From Eledone cirrhosa (taxonomy: Eukaryota), in NCBI GenBank assembly GCA_964016885.1, contig OZ024742.1:260462001-260526000 (forward strand): DNA of 64,000 bases, in the 5' to 3' direction. The stretch's first letter is position 1. The number at the start of each line of letters is the position of its first letter. The position numbers and the translations under genes are program-made. The notes under the pieces were generated by a model. It saw only the letters and a list, made by a program, of their open reading frames with translations, searched no databases and was not told the DNA's origin. Below are positions 60,482 to 64,000 of the stretch, piece after piece.

Positions 60482-63400
60482 ATTCAAGAGACCAGGTGGA
60501 GGGGTGGGTCTGCTAGATTCATTGTGGGTAAAAAACGATGCTATAAGCTTTTCTGGGTGGGAAATGACAATGGGCTGGGTGGAGTAGGAATCATGGTAGC
60601 AGAAAAGTGGGCAGATAAGATAATAGATGTAAATAGAGTGAACGACAGAATAATTAAAATAAGACTTGTCCTCAATAGAACTACGGTGACAGTAATATCT
60701 GCGTACGCACCCCAATCCAGACTGCCCGGCACTATAAAAGACAGATTCTATGAGACACTGATGCTCACTACCTCCCAAATAACCGACAGTGACTATATAA
60801 TTATTGCAGGCGACCTAAATGGTCACGTTGGACAACATTGTGATGGCTACGACAAAATCCATGGAGGCTATGGGTTTGGTACTAGAAATGAGGAAGGCTC
60901 CAGAATCCTGGAATTCTGTGACGCAAATAACCTAACTATCTGTAACACTAACTTCAAAAAACGTGACAATCACCTGATCACCTATAGATCGGGGGAACAC
61001 ACAAGCCAGGTAGATTATATCCTTACCAGAAGATGTGACAGAGTGTCTGTTGTAAACACTAAATCCCTCCCCCATGAAGAATGCACCTCCCAACATAGAC
61101 TGATAATTAGCGACCTAATAGTCAGGACGAGACGTACTAGACAGCAGAAGAGGACTATCCTCAGGAGAAAAATATGGAAGCTAAAGGACCCCACAGCCAG
61201 AAATAAATTTAAAAGCATACTACTTGATGCTTTCGACAGTAAGGAAGAGCAATTAGAGTCGTACAATATAGAGGAACAGTGGGAATTCCTGAAAGCAAAC
61301 CTGCTGATGGCGGCAGACGAAGTCTGTGGCTGGAGCAGGCCTGTAGGCAGGAGGAGAGTAACATGGTGGTAGAACAGTAAGGTGGAGGGGTCAATTAAGG
61401 CCAAAAAGCAGGCTTGGAAAGTATGGCGAGATGGGGGAAGTAGAGAAGACTATCAAGTGGCCAGGAGGGAAGCTAGGAGACAAGTGTACTTCGCAAGAAG
61501 GGAAGCAGAGGAAAGAAAGTTCAAGCATGTTCTACAACGCGAGGACCAAAAACGTGAGGTGTTCAGGATTGCTAGGCAATGTGTCAAGGAAAACTGTGAT
61601 ATTGTCGGGGAGAAGTGTGTACTTAATGATGACGGTGTACTTGCCATCACCGACGCTGATAAGAAGGTAGCTTGGAAGTGTCACTACGAAAGGCTACTAA
61701 ATGAGGAGAATAAATGGGAGAAAGACAGTCTCCCCCACATCGACCCAATAGAGGGACCAGCAGTGTTAGTCGAGGGTAGTATAATAAGTAAGGCAATCAA
61801 AGATATGAAGACGGGTAAGGCGGCTGGGCCTTTGGAAATAGTTGCTGAGATGCTGAAGGCATCTGGTACGGTGGGACACACCATGGTCACCCGGATAGTT
61901 AACCAAGTCATACAGAATGGGGTTGTTCCGAAGGACTGGCGTAGCAGCATCATCGTTAACTGTTATAAGGGTAAATGAGATGCCCTAGATAGGAGTAACT
62001 ATACAGGCATTAAATTAATCAACCAGGTCATGAAGGTCACGGAAAAAGTAATAGCGCAACTAATCAGAGAGAGAATTGATCTAGATGAAATGCAGATCTA
62101 GATGAAATGCAGTAAAAGTACCACAGACGCTCTTTTCATTGTACGACAACTACAGGAGAAGTACCTAGCTAAAAGTAAACCCCTATACTTAGCTTTTGTC
62201 GACTTGGAGAAAGCCTTCGACAGAGTCCCCCGTTCCATTATCTGGTGGGCTCTTAGAAAACTAGGTGTTGACGAATGGCTTGTGAGAGCTATACAAGCCA
62301 TGTATAAAGAAACAGTCAGCAAGGTTAGAATTAACAACGAATATAGTGAAGAGTTTAGCGTAAAAGTTGGCGTCCATCAGGGCTCTGTTCTCAGCCCCCT
62401 ACTATTTATTATTGCCCTTCAGGCTATAACAGAGGAGTTCAAGACCGGCTGCCCATGGGAACTCCTATACGCAGATGACCTAACACTCATAGCTGAATCA
62501 ATGACCGAGCTAGAGAAGAAATTCCAAACATGGAAGCACGGCCTAGAATCAAAAGGCCTTAAAATTAACCTGGCTAAGACTAAAGTTCTAGTTTGTAAGA
62601 AAGAAAATAAGGCGGCCGTCCCTTCCGGGAAGTGGCCATGCTCAGTGTGTAGGAAAGGCGTAGGTAGAAACTCCATTTTGTGTCCCAAATGCAAAGTATG
62701 GGTGCATAAAAGATGTAGTGGGATCACAGGTAAGCTAACTAAGAACATAGATTTTACATGTGGCCGGTGCTCTGGTGCAATAAGTAGCAGCAAGTGCCCA
62801 CAAAATACTAGCTCTTTCAACTGCGCAGAGGGTTCTATAGAAATAGTGGACAGCTTCCGTTACCTGGGTGACAAAATCAGCAGTGGGGGAGGGTGCTCTG
62901 AAAGTACAGTAGCTCGAGTCAGAACTGGATGGAAAAAGTTCAGAGAGCTTATACCACTATTAGGCAGGTTGTATGATGCCTGCATACGAACAGCAATGTT
63001 GCATGGCAGTGAGACCTGGGCATTGTGTGCAGAGGATATACGCAGACTAGAGAGGAATGAAGCTTGTATGCTCCGCTGGATGTGTAATAGTAATATACGT
63101 GAACGGCAAAGCATAAACGAACTAAGGAAAAAATTAGAAATAAGAGGGATCAGATGTTGTTTACTCGAGAGAAGGCTACGTTGGTATGGTCACGTGATGC
63201 GCATGAAAGACGATAGCTGTATAACAAAGTGCAGGGCAATAAAGATAGACGGTAGCCACGGAGTAGGCAGACCCAGAAAAACCTGGGACGAGCTGATAAA
63301 TTCCGACCTCACACACTTACACCTCTCCAAGACAATGTCACTGGACCGAGACCTTTGGCGGTACTCAGTAATAGAGAAGACCCGCCTTACCTAAATACAA

Positions 63401-63885
63401 AGTAAAACCTACTACAATCAGTAGGCATCTCTAACAAAATACACCCCCGTCCCACCACCCCCGCCCCTTTCAATGTAAAGTTATGTTGGTGCCACAACAT
63501 CCAGGCCGAAACAAATGAGATCGTGTAGGTGTCACGACAAAAAAAACACACAGTCCACGCTGTAATGTGGCCGTGTAGGTAACACGGTAAAAACCTCCCA
63601 GCCCCACACTGTAAATGTGGTTGGTGTTAGGAAGGGCATCCAGCTGTAGAAAACCCGCCAGACAGTTCACGCTGTAATGTGGCCGTGTAGGCAACACGGT
63701 AAAAACCTCCCAGCCCCACACTGTAAATGTGGTTGGTGTTAGGAAGGGCATCCAGCTGTAGAAAACCCGCCAGACAGTCCTATGCGAGCAAGACAATCAC
63801 TCTTGCCTCAAGTGGGAAGACCCCCCCCCCCCCCGTCCAAACCCATGCAAGCGTGGAACACGGACGTTAAACGTTGATGATGATA
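60482..63885 (+). mobile_element. RTE-clade LINE, nearly full ORF, few disablements
   Basis: Starts at IQETRWRGGSAR; APE (ISAYAPQ, GDLNGHVG, VDYIL, SQHRLI); RT (LYADD); PHD-like finger; 3' UTR with ~112-bp internal duplication; (GAT)n tail. Confidence 0.95.
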
Positions 63886-64000
63886 TATGTGTGTGTGTGT
63901 GTCTTTGTAAGTATATGTATGTATATATATATGTGTGTGTGTGTGTTTGTAAGTATATATATGTATGTATATATATATGTGTTTATAAGTATATATATAT

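Overview
AT-rich, microsatellite-dense animal genomic DNA. A cephalopod such as Octopus is my inference from the repeat landscape, not proven. Most of the window is transposable elements: a near-complete Gypsy-type LTR retrotransposon (6515-10622, CATTC TSD, gag-pro -1 frameshift signal, no canonical tRNA primer site), many RTE LINE copies and 3' tails, a CRE-like non-LTR element with PHD, RT and restriction-like endonuclease, two non-autonomous Helitrons, tRNA-derived SINEs, a MITE, and a 5.5-kb 29-bp satellite. The only host gene I can support is the first two coding exons of a secreted C-type-lectin-domain protein (+ strand, 52402-52468 and 56916-57010). The most notable observation is in the first 24 kb. 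Short, mostly fold-back, Penelope-like modules inserted in (TA)n tracts carry at least five unrelated families of type I hammerhead-ribozyme folds. These include a family with a ~100-nt stem II, a U3-A8 compensatory core variant, and U.U-closed stem II variants. All structures were folded by eye and activity is untested. Most small ORFs in the track are microsatellite or antisense artefacts.
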